Origin: Ruminococcus sp.
GTDB lineage: Bacteria; Bacillota; Clostridia; Oscillospirales; Ruminococcaceae
Reading direction: 5' to 3'
NCBI GenBank assembly: GCA_017521805.1
Contig: JAFXDK010000073.1
Coordinates: 13,410-77,409, forward strand
Length of the DNA: 64,000 bases
The notes below the pieces were generated by a model. That model did not search any database and had not been told where the DNA came from. It worked only from the letters and a program-made list of their open reading frames with translations. A program made the translations under genes and the position numbers. This document shows positions 25,891 to 34,908 of the stretch, piece after piece (within the stretch, counting starts at the first letter, position 1; each line of letters begins with the position of its first letter).

Positions 25891-28254
25891 ATGAAAAAGA
25901 TTTTATCATTTACCCTTGCCCTTGCAGTTATGCTGTCAGCCGCTTCGTGCAGTAACGGAACTGAGAAAAAATCCCAGCCGAAACAAAGCTATACCGCTGA
26001 GAAAATGAGCGTTGCAGCTTACAAAAAGGAAACTTTGCCCTTGCCTGAAAATATGCAAATGGTCTACACTGTTATGCCCTGCAACAACGGCGAGGACTAT
26101 CTCATGCTTGGTACAAGCACAAGAACACCTGAGATATGGAAAATCAAGGGAGATTTTTCGGAATCGGAAATCATTGAATATCCCGAATTTGATGTAGGTG
26201 TGAATTATAACCTAACGGCGACAAATGACGGAACAATTGTGTTATTCGTATGCCACGCAGATTACGGCGATTTACCGCCTATTCCTCTGTATGAATATAT
26301 TGAAACAGAGGAAGAACAGGAAAAATACGATGCTGCTGCTGAATATTCCTTTATGATTAAGACATATTCACCTGACGGCAAGCTGAAATCTGATGCTACT
26401 GTAGAGGATTTCGGTGTAGTTCCCGATAAATCCGTAAATTTCAAGGCTGTATACTCTGACGGTGAAATTGTTATCGCTGAAATCGGCGGCGGATTTGAAA
26501 TGTTCGACATAAACGGAAAATATCTGGGAGAGTTCGCAACAGATAAAGGCGAAGTTGATTGCTTCGGACAAGATAATCAAGGAAATGTTATCTGTGCCCT
26601 AAAAAACACCGTAAATGAGCAGGAAATCCTTACACTCTGCAAGGTTGAAAAAGACGGAAAGCTCACGGAGCTGAACAACACAGAATACAACTTTGATGAA
26701 ACAGTCTACGAAATGCAGGCGACAAGCGGAGAATACAGCCTGCTGCTGCGTACAAATTCTCAGATATACGGTGTAAAATCTGACACACAGGAAGTTGTTT
26801 CACTCTTTGATATTTCAACTTCGGGTTATTCCACCAATTTAATCGAGGGCTACAGCGTTATGCCCGACGGAAATATTGCTCTTATGCTGAATAATTCAAA
26901 GGAATGGAAAGTTGAACTGAAAAAGTTTATTCCTCGAACAGAGGAAGAAATGGCAAATATCAAGACCATTACTCTTGGTATTGAGGGAAATAGTTTCATT
27001 GAGGATTATGTCACCGAATGGAATGACGGCGGCAATGATTTTCTTGTGGAAATTGTAAAATATAGCGCAGATTATGAGGACAGGGACGCAGTATTCGACC
27101 AGCTGAAACAGGACGCACTTTCGGGAAATCTCCCTGATATTATGCACTTTAATCGTGATTATGCAGTAATGAATGACGTTGATTTTGCCTCTATGGGTGT
27201 TCTTGAAGATTTGTACACTTACATGGACAAGGACGAAATTTTTACCCGTGATTATTTTATGCCCAGCGTACTGAATTGTTTTGAATATAACGATGAACTT
27301 CTTGTGCTTCCAAATCGCGTATCACTTGATCTTGGAACAGTAGCAAAGACAAAATTCGTCGGTGACGGCTCTGACTGGAGCTTTGAGAAACATCTTGATA
27401 TGACGATAAATCCGCCCATTGAAAGAGAAATTGAAAGCGATTCAAAATATACACGTTTAAGCCTCGGAGTATCGTGGTCTGACTGGATTGACTACACAGA
27501 CGGTACTTGTCATTTTACTGATGATTCTTTTATACGCTATCTCAATTTCTGCAATGAAGCGGAAGAAATAGATGTTTTCGAAGAAAAGACTGAACAGGAA
27601 TGGCAGGAGTATATAAATTCAGATGAATTTAAGGAAGAAGTGCGACTTGACTCTTTAAAATATATTGAGGACAGGGAAATTTTTTCGCATGAAGGTATTC
27701 TCAGATATGGCAACTATACAGAAATGACGAAAGGTAAGTTCGGCGGTGAGCCTATAACTGTTCTTGGTGATATTACACTTAATGCCAGTGACCAACTTGC
27801 AATTACAAAGACATCTGAAAACAAGGAGCTTGCATGGGAATTTATAAAATCCCAAATGACCGACCAGTATTATGCTGATAATCTCAATTCTGCTCCTTTC
27901 CCCGTTACAAAAACAGGCTATAAGCTTTACAACGACCACCATTTCTATAATGAATATACTGACTTTAACGATGTTTACTACGATGAAGATATGAGAGGCT
28001 ATGTAGGACTTGTTTACCATGTCGGTGACGAATTAATGAAAATAGGCAAGGTTACAGAGGAAGATGCAGCGGCGATTGATAAATATTTCAATATGGCAAC
28101 AAGAAAGCATAAAATTACTTTTAAACAAGATAAGATGTATGAAATTTTCTATGAAGAAATCGACCGTTTCTTTGCAGGCGGCTGTACTGCTGAGGAATGT
28201 GCTGAGGCTTTACAGGACAGAATTACAATTTATATTTCAGAGCAGATAGGCTAA
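25891..28254 (+). CDS. Large lipoprotein: N-terminal beta-rich region plus C-terminal extracellular solute-binding-protein-like domain
   Basis: Lipobox 'LSAASC'. The SBP-like segment is 'ITLGIEGNSFIEDYVTEWNDGG..LPDIMHF'. RBS AAAGGAGG. No transporter genes adjacent. Confidence 0.7.
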   Translation: MKKILSFTLALAVMLSAASCSNGTEKKSQPKQSYTAEKMSVAAYKKETLPLPENMQMVYTVMPCNNGEDYLMLGTSTRTPEIWKIKGDFSESEIIEYPEFDVGVNYNLTATNDGTIVLFVCHADYGDLPPIPLYEYIETEEEQEKYDAAAEYSFMIKTYSPDGKLKSDATVEDFGVVPDKSVNFKAVYSDGEIVIAEIGGGFEMFDINGKYLGEFATDKGEVDCFGQDNQGNVICALKNTVNEQEILTLCKVEKDGKLTELNNTEYNFDETVYEMQATSGEYSLLLRTNSQIYGVKSDTQEVVSLFDISTSGYSTNLIEGYSVMPDGNIALMLNNSKEWKVELKKFIPRTEEEMANIKTITLGIEGNSFIEDYVTEWNDGGNDFLVEIVKYSADYEDRDAVFDQLKQDALSGNLPDIMHFNRDYAVMNDVDFASMGVLEDLYTYMDKDEIFTRDYFMPSVLNCFEYNDELLVLPNRVSLDLGTVAKTKFVGDGSDWSFEKHLDMTINPPIEREIESDSKYTRLSLGVSWSDWIDYTDGTCHFTDDSFIRYLNFCNEAEEIDVFEEKTEQEWQEYINSDEFKEEVRLDSLKYIEDREIFSHEGILRYGNYTEMTKGKFGGEPITVLGDITLNASDQLAITKTSENKELAWEFIKSQMTDQYYADNLNSAPFPVTKTGYKLYNDHHFYNEYTDFNDVYYDEDMRGYVGLVYHVGDELMKIGKVTEEDAAAIDKYFNMATRKHKITFKQDKMYEIFYEEIDRFFAGGCTAEECAEALQDRITIYISEQIG

Positions 28255-28292
28255 AAAAATCCCCCTGATTACAAAAATCAGGGGGATTTGTT
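28253..28292. terminator. Bidirectional terminator shared by the lipoprotein gene (+) and tRNA-Ser(CGA) (-)
   Basis: 12-bp stem atccccctgatt / aatcagggggat. An A7 run lies upstream and tttgtt downstream. Confidence 0.8.
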
Positions 28293-28293
28293 C

Positions 28294-28382
28294 TGGCGCA
28301 GCGGGTGGGATTCGAACCCACGTCCCTCAGGGGGCATCATGATTTCGAGTCATGTCCGTTATGACCACTTCGATACCGCTGC
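28294..28382 (-). tRNA. tRNA-Ser (anticodon CGA), CCA encoded
   Basis: Reverse complement: GCAGCGG-TA-...-CATGA-CTCGAAA-TCATG, a long variable arm, then GTGGG-TTCGAAT-CCCAC-CCGCTGC-G-CCA. Type II cloverleaf. Confidence 0.9.
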
Positions 28383-28393
28383 ATAATATAAAT

Positions 28394-28422
28394 ATTATAT
28401 CAGATTTGCAAAAAAAAATCAA
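28394..28422 (-). promoter_or_regulatory. Candidate promoter of tRNA-Ser(CGA)
   Basis: On the minus strand: TTGATT, 17-nt spacer, TATAAT. The -10 hexamer ends 11 nt upstream of the mature tRNA 5' end. Confidence 0.5.
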
Positions 28423-28470
28423 TAGCTTTATTAAAAATAAATATTATAACAATTTGTGACATAATATTAC

Positions 28471-28499
28471 TTGACTTTTTAGCCCATTTGCATTATAAT
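28471..28499 (+). promoter_or_regulatory. SigA-type promoter of smpB
   Basis: TTGACT (28471-28476), 17-nt spacer, TATAAT (28494-28499). Confidence 0.6.
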
Positions 28500-28538
28500 T
28501 ATTATAATACTTATAATACTATTTTTCGGAGGAAAATT

Positions 28539-29003
28539 ATGCGTTCAAAAGGAACTAAAACCATTGCCGAAAACCGCAAGGCAAGACATGAATATTTCGT
28601 TCTTGAAACATATGAAGCAGGCATTGAGCTTGTGGGTACAGAAGTAAAATCAATCCGTCAGGGTGCTGTAAATCTCAAAGATGCATGGTGCTCTATTGAT
28701 AACGGCGAAATCTTTGTGCGCGGTATGCACATTTCCCCTTACGAAAAGGGAAACATCTTCAACCGCGACCCCATGCGTGTCCACAAGCTTCTCATGCACA
28801 AACGCGAGATTAATAAGCTGTTCGGAACTGTAAAGCAGGACGGTCTTTCGCTTATACCCCTCAGCATATACTTTAAGGATTCCCGCGTGAAAATGCAGGT
28901 GGGACTTTGTAAAGGTAAAAAGCTTTACGACAAGCGCGCTGATGCCGCAAAGCGTGACGCTAACCGCGAAATTGACCGCAATATGAAATCCCGAAACAGA
29001 TAA
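28539..29003 (+). CDS. smpB: SsrA-binding protein SmpB
   Basis: '[26 protein letters not shown]' and 'GLSLIPL..YF'. Start at ATG 28539, 6 nt after GGAGG. The ORF-track start at 28488 precedes the predicted TSS. Confidence 0.92.
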   Translation: MRSKGTKTIAENRKARHEYFVLETYEAGIELVGTEVKSIRQGAVNLKDAWCSIDNGEIFVRGMHISPYEKGNIFNRDPMRVHKLLMHKREINKLFGTVKQDGLSLIPLSIYFKDSRVKMQVGLCKGKKLYDKRADAAKRDANREIDRNMKSRNR

Positions 29004-29012
29004 GGTGAATAT

Positions 29013-29999
29013 ATGCTGAAAAAAATTTTTTCTGCCATAATTGCTCTTTTTATGCCAATTGCTCTGACGGGCTGTGCCCTTACAGAACGTGACCTCGTTG
29101 ACAAGACATACGAGACAAATACCCCTCCCCGACTTATGTTTCTTGGGGATTCCATAGCCGCAGGTTACGGGCTTGAGGGGTATACCTCCACTGATAATTA
29201 TTCCTGTCCCGATTCCTATGCAAATATTCTTGATGCAAAATATACAGCGGATTTAGCTGAAACATACTCCCACGAAATGCAGAATTTCGCCGTTTCAGGA
29301 GCAACCTCCGCTGACCTTATAGAGCTTCTCAACAGCGGAAAACTGGATTCTGCACTCGCAGAAACTGATGCAGTTGTTGTATCAATCGGCGGAAATGACC
29401 TGCTTGGAAATATTTATCCTATTATTTCATCACTGGGAATCACTCCCGAAAATCAGACAATAAATATTGATGATATAGATATATTGTCACTTCTCAGTCA
29501 GATTGCAACTTTAGAGGAAAATGTGGCAGATGCTCTCGTTGGTTTTGAGGCAAATCTGAAAGAAATCGCGGTAATATTAAACGATAAATCAGAGGGAGAT
29601 GTCTATATACAGACGCTTTACAATCCCCTTGAAGCCTTTACGGATATTTCGATGGTGGTAGATTTTTCAGAATCCACATTAGCTGAATTTAACCGCATTA
29701 TCAAGGATAATTCCGTAAATGGCTATAAAGTAATCGATGTTGCCGCAGATTTTGTGGGCAAATGTGAAGAGCTGACGCGTATCGGGGAGATTGATATTCA
29801 CCCCAACGAAGCAGGTCATAAGGTTATTGCTGAGGCTGTAGACAAGGCTCTGACAGCTGATACATACACCTATACCACGCAGGTATACGGCGAACCGCAC
29901 CTGACATTGACGGCTATTCTCCTAATTGCAGGGGGTATTCTTGCTATGCTGATAATTGTTGTGGTGCTTATACCAAAAATGTTCAGGAAATATGAGTAA
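29013..29999 (+). CDS. SGNH/GDSL hydrolase lipoprotein with C-terminal TM anchor
   Basis: Lipobox 'LTGC'. Block I 'FLGDSIAAGYG', block III 'GGNDL', block V 'DIHPNEAGH'. C-terminal hydrophobic helix. Confidence 0.85.
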   Translation: MLKKIFSAIIALFMPIALTGCALTERDLVDKTYETNTPPRLMFLGDSIAAGYGLEGYTSTDNYSCPDSYANILDAKYTADLAETYSHEMQNFAVSGATSADLIELLNSGKLDSALAETDAVVVSIGGNDLLGNIYPIISSLGITPENQTINIDDIDILSLLSQIATLEENVADALVGFEANLKEIAVILNDKSEGDVYIQTLYNPLEAFTDISMVVDFSESTLAEFNRIIKDNSVNGYKVIDVAADFVGKCEELTRIGEIDIHPNEAGHKVIAEAVDKALTADTYTYTTQVYGEPHLTLTAILLIAGGILAMLIIVVVLIPKMFRKYE

Positions 30000-30000
30000 A

Positions 30001-30229
30001 ATGGGATTCTAAAGGGTGAAACCCTTTAGCAGAGTCCAGAGACGGCGTCTCTGGCAGGGTATGGGACAGCGTCCCATACAGAGCAAAGCTCTGTGATGCG
30101 TTTAAGCGCTCTGCAAGGGGTTGCCCGAACGTGAGGCAGGATGATGTTTGAACATGAGGGTATATCGCACTTGGATTTGACTGCGATTGAATTGAAAAGA
30201 GGGGACGCTCTGCAAGAGAGAGCGTCCCC
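30001..30229 (+). repeat. Multi-hairpin intergenic repeat, copy C (full 229-nt unit)
   Basis: Begins 2 nt after the GDSL stop codon, in the convergent gap before hisE. 218/229 identical to copy B by hand alignment. Confidence 0.95.
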
Positions 30230-30263
30230 TCAAATTATGCACTAAGTTGATTTTACGACAGAC

Positions 30264-30292
30264 TAAATCCCCCGATTTTTCGGGGGATTCGT
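30264..30292. terminator. Terminator hairpin at the convergent GDSL / his-operon junction
   Basis: 9-bp stem aatcccccg / cgggggatt with a T-rich loop and flanks. Confidence 0.65.
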
Positions 30293-30296
30293 TGTA

Positions 30297-30635
30297 TTAT
30301 GAGTTCTTGTCAACGGTATGGAACTTTTTAAGGTTTCCTATTTTCTCATTACGCTCATCAAGGATTCTTTCAACATCAGTCCATTCAAGTCCCTGATTAA
30401 CACAAAGCACCATGATGTGATAGAGCAGGTCGTTGATTTCGTTCATAAGCTCGTCATTGTCGTTATTTTTAGCGGCAATAACAGTTTCAGTAGCTTCCTC
30501 GCCGATTTTTTTGCAAATTTTGTCTACACCCTTGTCGAAAAGGTAGCAGGTATAAGAATTTTCAGCAGCACATCCGTTATCATACTGCTTTTTTCTCTCC
30601 TTGATTACTTCAAAAATTTCGTGATATACGTTCAT
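30297..30635 (-). CDS. hisE: Phosphoribosyl-ATP pyrophosphatase
   Basis: MazG-like 'SYTCYLF..G.DKI.KK.GEEA.E..IAAKN...E...E..DL.YH..VL'. Last gene of the his operon. Confidence 0.9.
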   Translation of the reverse strand: MNVYHEIFEVIKERKKQYDNGCAAENSYTCYLFDKGVDKICKKIGEEATETVIAAKNNDNDELMNEINDLLYHIMVLCVNQGLEWTDVERILDERNEKIGNLKKFHTVDKNS

Positions 30636-30638
30636 TTT

Positions 30639-30983
30639 TTATTCCTCCGTGTTATATAATTCATTAAAGAAACAGCTGTAGCTTCCTGTATGACAGGCAA
30701 CTCCCGTCTGCTCCACATTTACAAGCAGGGTATCATTATCGCAGTCGCCATAAATTGACACAACTTTCTGCAAATGTCCCGATGTAGCACCCTTATTCCA
30801 GTATTCTTGACGGGAACGGCTCCAGAACCATGTATAACCCGTTTCAAGAGTTTTTTTCAGGCTCTCCTTGTTCATATACGCAAGCATAAGAACTGTTTTT
30901 GTGTTGATCTCGTAGCAAATTGCAGGGATTAACTCCCCTTTTTCAAAGAATTTGTCAAGGTCGTTTAAATCAATTTTAATCAT
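30639..30983 (-). CDS. hisI: Phosphoribosyl-AMP cyclohydrolase
   Basis: 'LIPAI....[13 protein letters not shown]...G...FWSRSR...W.KG.TSG..Q.V......DCD.DTLL..V...G.ACHTG..SCF'. Confidence 0.92.
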   Translation of the reverse strand: MIKIDLNDLDKFFEKGELIPAICYEINTKTVLMLAYMNKESLKKTLETGYTWFWSRSRQEYWNKGATSGHLQKVVSIYGDCDNDTLLVNVEQTGVACHTGSYSCFFNELYNTEE

Positions 30984-30992
30984 TTTACACTC

Positions 30993-31367
30993 CTATTCCT
31001 TAGGTACGCCGTTTTCGTCGAATTTATTTTGAAGTTCCTTTGATACTGAATTGCACGAATAAACAACATTAGCAATAAGAACAACAGAATACACAAGTGA
31101 TAAAGCTCTTGCAACATTATCTCCTTTAAAATAGTACATAAGAAATATTGCAGGAATACCAAGCAAAAGATAAACTATTCCTATTATAATCCATTGTTTA
31201 CCGCAAGCCGTATTTGCATAATTCCATGCTTCAAAGCTTGATTTTGCTAATTCAGTACGAAATCCGTACTTCATTTCCTTATCATTTGACGAATATTTTT
31301 TCATAACAAATCCGCCCAACAATACAGTAAATGAGATAACAATATTTATAATAAATATTAATTCCAT
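30993..31367 (-). CDS. SdpI/YhfL-family small membrane protein (inserted in the his operon)
   Basis: 124 aa with 3-4 TM segments. SdpI-like 'YGFRTELAKSSFEAWNYAN'. Own RBS GAGGT. 3-nt gap to hisF and 9-nt gap to hisI. Confidence 0.65.
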   Translation of the reverse strand: MELIFIINIVISFTVLLGGFVMKKYSSNDKEMKYGFRTELAKSSFEAWNYANTACGKQWIIIGIVYLLLGIPAIFLMYYFKGDNVARALSLVYSVVLIANVVYSCNSVSKELQNKFDENGVPKE

Positions 31368-31370
31368 ATC

Positions 31371-32126
31371 TTACCTCACAATTACTCCACGTTCTCTGCA
31401 ATAATCCTTAACCTCGCCTACAGTAAGCTCTCTGAAATGGAACAGAGAAGCCGCAAGAGCCGCAGTTGCTCCTGTTTTCTCGAAAACTTCATAGAAATCA
31501 TTGATTTTTCCTGCACCGCCGCTGGCAATTACAGGAATTGAGCAGTTGTCGCATACGGCTTTCAGCATTTCAATGTCGAAGCCCTCTTTTGTGCCGTCAG
31601 CGTCAATGGAGTTCAGGCATATTTCCCCTGCACCAAGCTTTTCAATTGTATGCACCCAGTCGATAAGGTCAATTCCCATATCAACTCGTCCGCCATTGAT
31701 GTACACCGTCCACTTGTGGTCCGCTATTTTTTTAGCGTCAATTCCAACACATATACATTGACTGCCGAAAATATCTGCTCCGTCCTTGATAAGCTGCGGA
31801 TTTTTTACAGCCTGCGAGTTCACAGAAACCTTGTCCGCACCTGCACGGAGAGTTTCACGTATATCGTCAACTGTCTTGATTCCGCCGCCAACTGTCAGGG
31901 GAACAAATACTTTTTTTGCAGTTTCACGCACAACATCAAGGAACACTCCACGTCCCTCAAATGACGCTGTTATATCGTAGAATACGATTTCATCTGCACC
32001 CTGCTTATTGTACTCTGCCGCACATTCAACAGGGTCGCCTACATCACGTATTCCCTCAAAATTTACGCCCTTTACTACCTTGCCGTTTCGCACGTCAAGA
32101 CAGGGAATTATTCTTTTAGCAAGCAT
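31371..32126 (-). CDS. hisF: Imidazole glycerol phosphate synthase cyclase subunit
   Basis: '[16 protein letters not shown]', 'DE.VF.DI.AS', 'GGG.....D......GADKVS.NS', 'ASGGAG'. Confidence 0.95.
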   Translation of the reverse strand: MLAKRIIPCLDVRNGKVVKGVNFEGIRDVGDPVECAAEYNKQGADEIVFYDITASFEGRGVFLDVVRETAKKVFVPLTVGGGIKTVDDIRETLRAGADKVSVNSQAVKNPQLIKDGADIFGSQCICVGIDAKKIADHKWTVYINGGRVDMGIDLIDWVHTIEKLGAGEICLNSIDADGTKEGFDIEMLKAVCDNCSIPVIASGGAGKINDFYEVFEKTGATAALAASLFHFRELTVGEVKDYCRERGVIVR

Positions 32127-32590
32127 TATTCTGCCTCCTCAATATCTTTTATAAACCGCCATTTTAATTCATCAGCTATAATATTGGTATCTGTTGGTTG
32201 TCTCAGATCTATAGCACCAAGTTCAATTTTTGTTCCATATATCTCAGGATTAAATATGCTGTCTGTCCAGACAATTAAACGGTCATCACGGGTTCTGCCT
32301 AATAAATCTCTTCGGAAACTAAGGTGGCATTCCCACATATCAGCACTTTTACCTGAACAGAAATACATCACGCCACTGAATATCATTTCGATTTTTCCGA
32401 ACCAACAGCTTCCGATAACAAGTCTAATAGTATTTCCATTATCAAACGAAAAAACTGTAGTTCTATCCTCAGTTACATTACAGCCGGAAATATATTCCAA
32501 CGATATTATCACAGCATCATGCATACAGCGTGTCTGATTCATAAAAAATTCAATATCATCCTCAGTTTTTATCTCATTCCATATTTGCAT
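32126..32590 (-). CDS. Hypothetical cytoplasmic protein (inserted between hisA and hisF)
   Basis: 154-159-aa ORF with no recognisable motif. Its stop overlaps the hisF ATG by 1 nt (TAATG). Its 5' end overlaps the hisA 3' end by about 17 nt. The preferred start is ATG 32590 (GAGG 9 nt upstream). Confidence 0.6.
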   Translation of the reverse strand: MQIWNEIKTEDDIEFFMNQTRCMHDAVIISLEYISGCNVTEDRTTVFSFDNGNTIRLVIGSCWFGKIEMIFSGVMYFCSGKSADMWECHLSFRRDLLGRTRDDRLIVWTDSIFNPEIYGTKIELGAIDLRQPTDTNIIADELKWRFIKDIEEAE

Positions 32591-33302
32591 ATCTGATAGC
32601 CTCATTTAAATTCAGCGTACCCTTATAAATGGACTTACCGCAGATTGTGCCGTAAAGTCCCATTTCCTTGCAGGCTATAATATCCGTCATTGTGTGAACT
32701 CCGCCGCTTGCCACGATGTTAGCACGTCCCTCTGTAGCGTCAGCGAGAGCTTTTAACTGCTCCACATTTACACCGCTGAGTGTGCCGTCCTTGGAAATAT
32801 CTGTAAAGATAAAATACTTTACACCAACTTCAATCATCTTGTTTGCAAGGTCGATATAGTTCACATTGGAGCTTTCAAGCCAGCCCTCAGTTGCAACCAT
32901 ACCATTCATTGCATCAATCCCAACAACGATTTTTTCGCTGCCGAATTTCTCCACGGCATCGCTTACAAGCTTAGGATTTTTCAAAGCCACAGAGCCGAGA
33001 ATTACCCTTGTTATGCCCATTTTGAGATATTCGTCAATAGTTTCAAGTGAGCGAATACCGCCGCCCAACTCTACTTTTAAATTAGTCTTTTCAGCAACAT
33101 CTGTGTAAATCTTTGTGTTTACAGGTCTGCCCTCTTTCGCTCCGTCAAGGTCAACCATATGTATCCACTCCGAACCAGCCGATTCAAATCCTTTTGCTGT
33201 TTCAAGGTAGTCACTTGCTACTTTTTCAACTGTAGAAAAATCGCCTTTAAATAAGCGTACACAGTTGCCGTCTTTTATATCAATCGCAGGTAAAATTATC
33301 AT
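32574..33302 (-). CDS. hisA: 1-(5-phosphoribosyl)-5-[(5-phosphoribosylamino)methylideneamino]imidazole-4-carboxamide isomerase
   Basis: 'IILPAIDIKDGNCVRL.KGD', 'GGGIRS', 'VILGS.A', 'DI..DGTL.G'. Start moved to ATG 33300-33302, 6 nt after AGGAGG. Confidence 0.93.
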   Translation of the reverse strand: MIILPAIDIKDGNCVRLFKGDFSTVEKVASDYLETAKGFESAGSEWIHMVDLDGAKEGRPVNTKIYTDVAEKTNLKVELGGGIRSLETIDEYLKMGITRVILGSVALKNPKLVSDAVEKFGSEKIVVGIDAMNGMVATEGWLESSNVNYIDLANKMIEVGVKYFIFTDISKDGTLSGVNVEQLKALADATEGRANIVASGGVHTMTDIIACKEMGLYGTICGKSIYKGTLNLNEAIRYANME

Positions 33303-33331
33303 ATATGTCCTCCTTTGTATATTGTTATAAA

Positions 33332-33694
33332 TCAACTTTCTTTAGGGTCTTTCCAATAAGCCCCCTTATGAAAATTTTCATTTCCAAGTGGCTTTGCAGT
33401 AAGCCGAAACATAACACAGCCATCAGGACAGACAATATTTTTACTATATTTTCCGTCTCCACCCAGATTTTCTAAATCGCCACCACTTCTGATAGACTCC
33501 ATAAGAGGATATAACATTACCATTGCTTTACTGCAAATTCCATATCCTTCATTATTTACGGGACAGCCATAAGTACAATGGTACTTATCTCCAACCTCTT
33601 CACCATTTCGACAGTAATTCTCTGTATGATTGCCTTGAAGGAAACTTACAACCTCAATTTCAAATTCATATTCTTCATCATACCATTTTTTCAT
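33332..33694 (-). CDS. TIGR04076-like small Cys-rich protein (inserted between hisH and hisA)
   Basis: 120 aa. Cys pattern 'C..G....D.....CP..EG.GICS.A...L.......GG.........VCPDG.VMFRL' recalled from the TIGR04076 family. Strong RBS GGAGGG. Confidence 0.6.
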   Translation of the reverse strand: MKKWYDEEYEFEIEVVSFLQGNHTENYCRNGEEVGDKYHCTYGCPVNNEGYGICSKAMVMLYPLMESIRSGGDLENLGGDGKYSKNIVCPDGCVMFRLTAKPLGNENFHKGAYWKDPKES

Positions 33695-33711
33695 ATTTCC
33701 CTCCGAAAAAA

Positions 33712-34317
33712 TTACTTGATTAAATTTCCGAAGTTTCTGAGAATTTTAAGTCCTGTATTGCCGGATTTCTCAGGGTGGAACTGAGCACCGTAGACGAATT
33801 TTCCGTCAAAAACAAGAGCAGGAACTCGTCCGCCGTATTCGCTGTATGCGGCTATATTTTCATCTGCACACTCTGCCTTGTAGGAGTGAACGAAATACAC
33901 ATATTCATCGTCTCCGATATTTTCAAGAAGCGGACATTCATTAAGCTTTTCAAGCTTATTCCAACCCATGTGAGGAATAATAAGATCAGGTTCATCCATA
34001 TAACGAACACTTCCCTTTATAAGTCCAAGACCATTACATTCTTCAAATTCATAGCCTTTTTCAAAGAGCATCTGCATGCCAAGACATATTCCAAGTAACG
34101 GCTTTTTTGCGGCTTCTTCCTTGATAGTGTCAATAAGTCCGCTTTTTTCAAGCATAGCCATAGCAGCAGGAAATGCACCAACTCCGGGGAGAATAACAGC
34201 ATCAGCCGCCTTTATTTCGTCCTTGTCAGATGTAAGCTTGCAATCAAGTCCGAGATAATCAAGGGCATTTTTAACGCTGAAAATATTACCTGCGCCATAA
34301 TCAACAATAGCAATCAT
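33712..34317 (-). CDS. hisH: Imidazole glycerol phosphate synthase glutamine amidotransferase subunit
   Basis: 'IAIVDYGAGN..S', 'LPGVGAF', catalytic 'GICLGMQ' and 'QFHPEKS'. Confidence 0.95.
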   Translation of the reverse strand: MIAIVDYGAGNIFSVKNALDYLGLDCKLTSDKDEIKAADAVILPGVGAFPAAMAMLEKSGLIDTIKEEAAKKPLLGICLGMQMLFEKGYEFEECNGLGLIKGSVRYMDEPDLIIPHMGWNKLEKLNECPLLENIGDDEYVYFVHSYKAECADENIAAYSEYGGRVPALVFDGKFVYGAQFHPEKSGNTGLKILRNFGNLIK

Positions 34318-34908
34318 TTACAGTACCCCCTTTGTAGAAAGTGTAGTTCCGTCAGCATTATAAGCCACAGCCGCCTTTAAAGCGTGAGCCACAGCTTTGT
34401 ATACGGCTTCGGCTTTATGGTGGTCATTAGTGCCGTACATAAGATTAATATGCATTGTAATTCCTGCATTGAAAGCAAATGCACGGAAAAATTCCTCAGT
34501 CATACAGAGGTCATAGCCGCCGCAGGATTGATTTGTAAAATCGCAGTTGAACACCAGAAATGGACGGTTGCTGAGATCAAGGCTGCACATTGCAAGAGCC
34601 TCGTCCATAGGGATATATGCCGTACCATAGCGGACGATTCCCGACTTTGCTCCTAAAGCAATATTAAGTGCCTGTCCGAGAGCAATTCCCGTATCTTCAA
34701 TTGTGTGGTGGCAGTCAACCTCCAAATCGCCCTTAACCTTGATAGTCATACTTATTCCGCTGTGCTTTGAAAGTGCGGTGAGCATATGGTCGAAAAATCC
34801 CACACCTGTATCAATGTCGGAATTTCCCTTTCCGTCAAGCTCTGTAAGGATATAAATATCAGTTTCACGGGTTTTGCGTGTGATTTCGCCTTTTCTTATA
34901 TTATCCAT
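34318..34908 (-). CDS. hisB: Imidazoleglycerol-phosphate dehydratase
   Basis: 'R.TRET.I', 'TG.GF.DHML', 'D.HH..ED.GI.LG', 'G.N.HH..EA.FKA'. Confidence 0.95.
   Translation of the reverse strand: MDNIRKGEITRKTRETDIYILTELDGKGNSDIDTGVGFFDHMLTALSKHSGISMTIKVKGDLEVDCHHTIEDTGIALGQALNIALGAKSGIVRYGTAYIPMDEALAMCSLDLSNRPFLVFNCDFTNQSCGGYDLCMTEEFFRAFAFNAGITMHINLMYGTNDHHKAEAVYKAVAHALKAAVAYNADGTTLSTKGVL

Noticed and set aside
29004-30300. tmRNA (ssrA), expected near smpB; I also asked whether repeat copy C could be tmRNA
   Set aside because: There is no GGGG..tRNA-Ala-like acceptor, no T-arm/CCA 3' end and no tag reading frame. The same sequence occurs at two other loci, which tmRNA would not.
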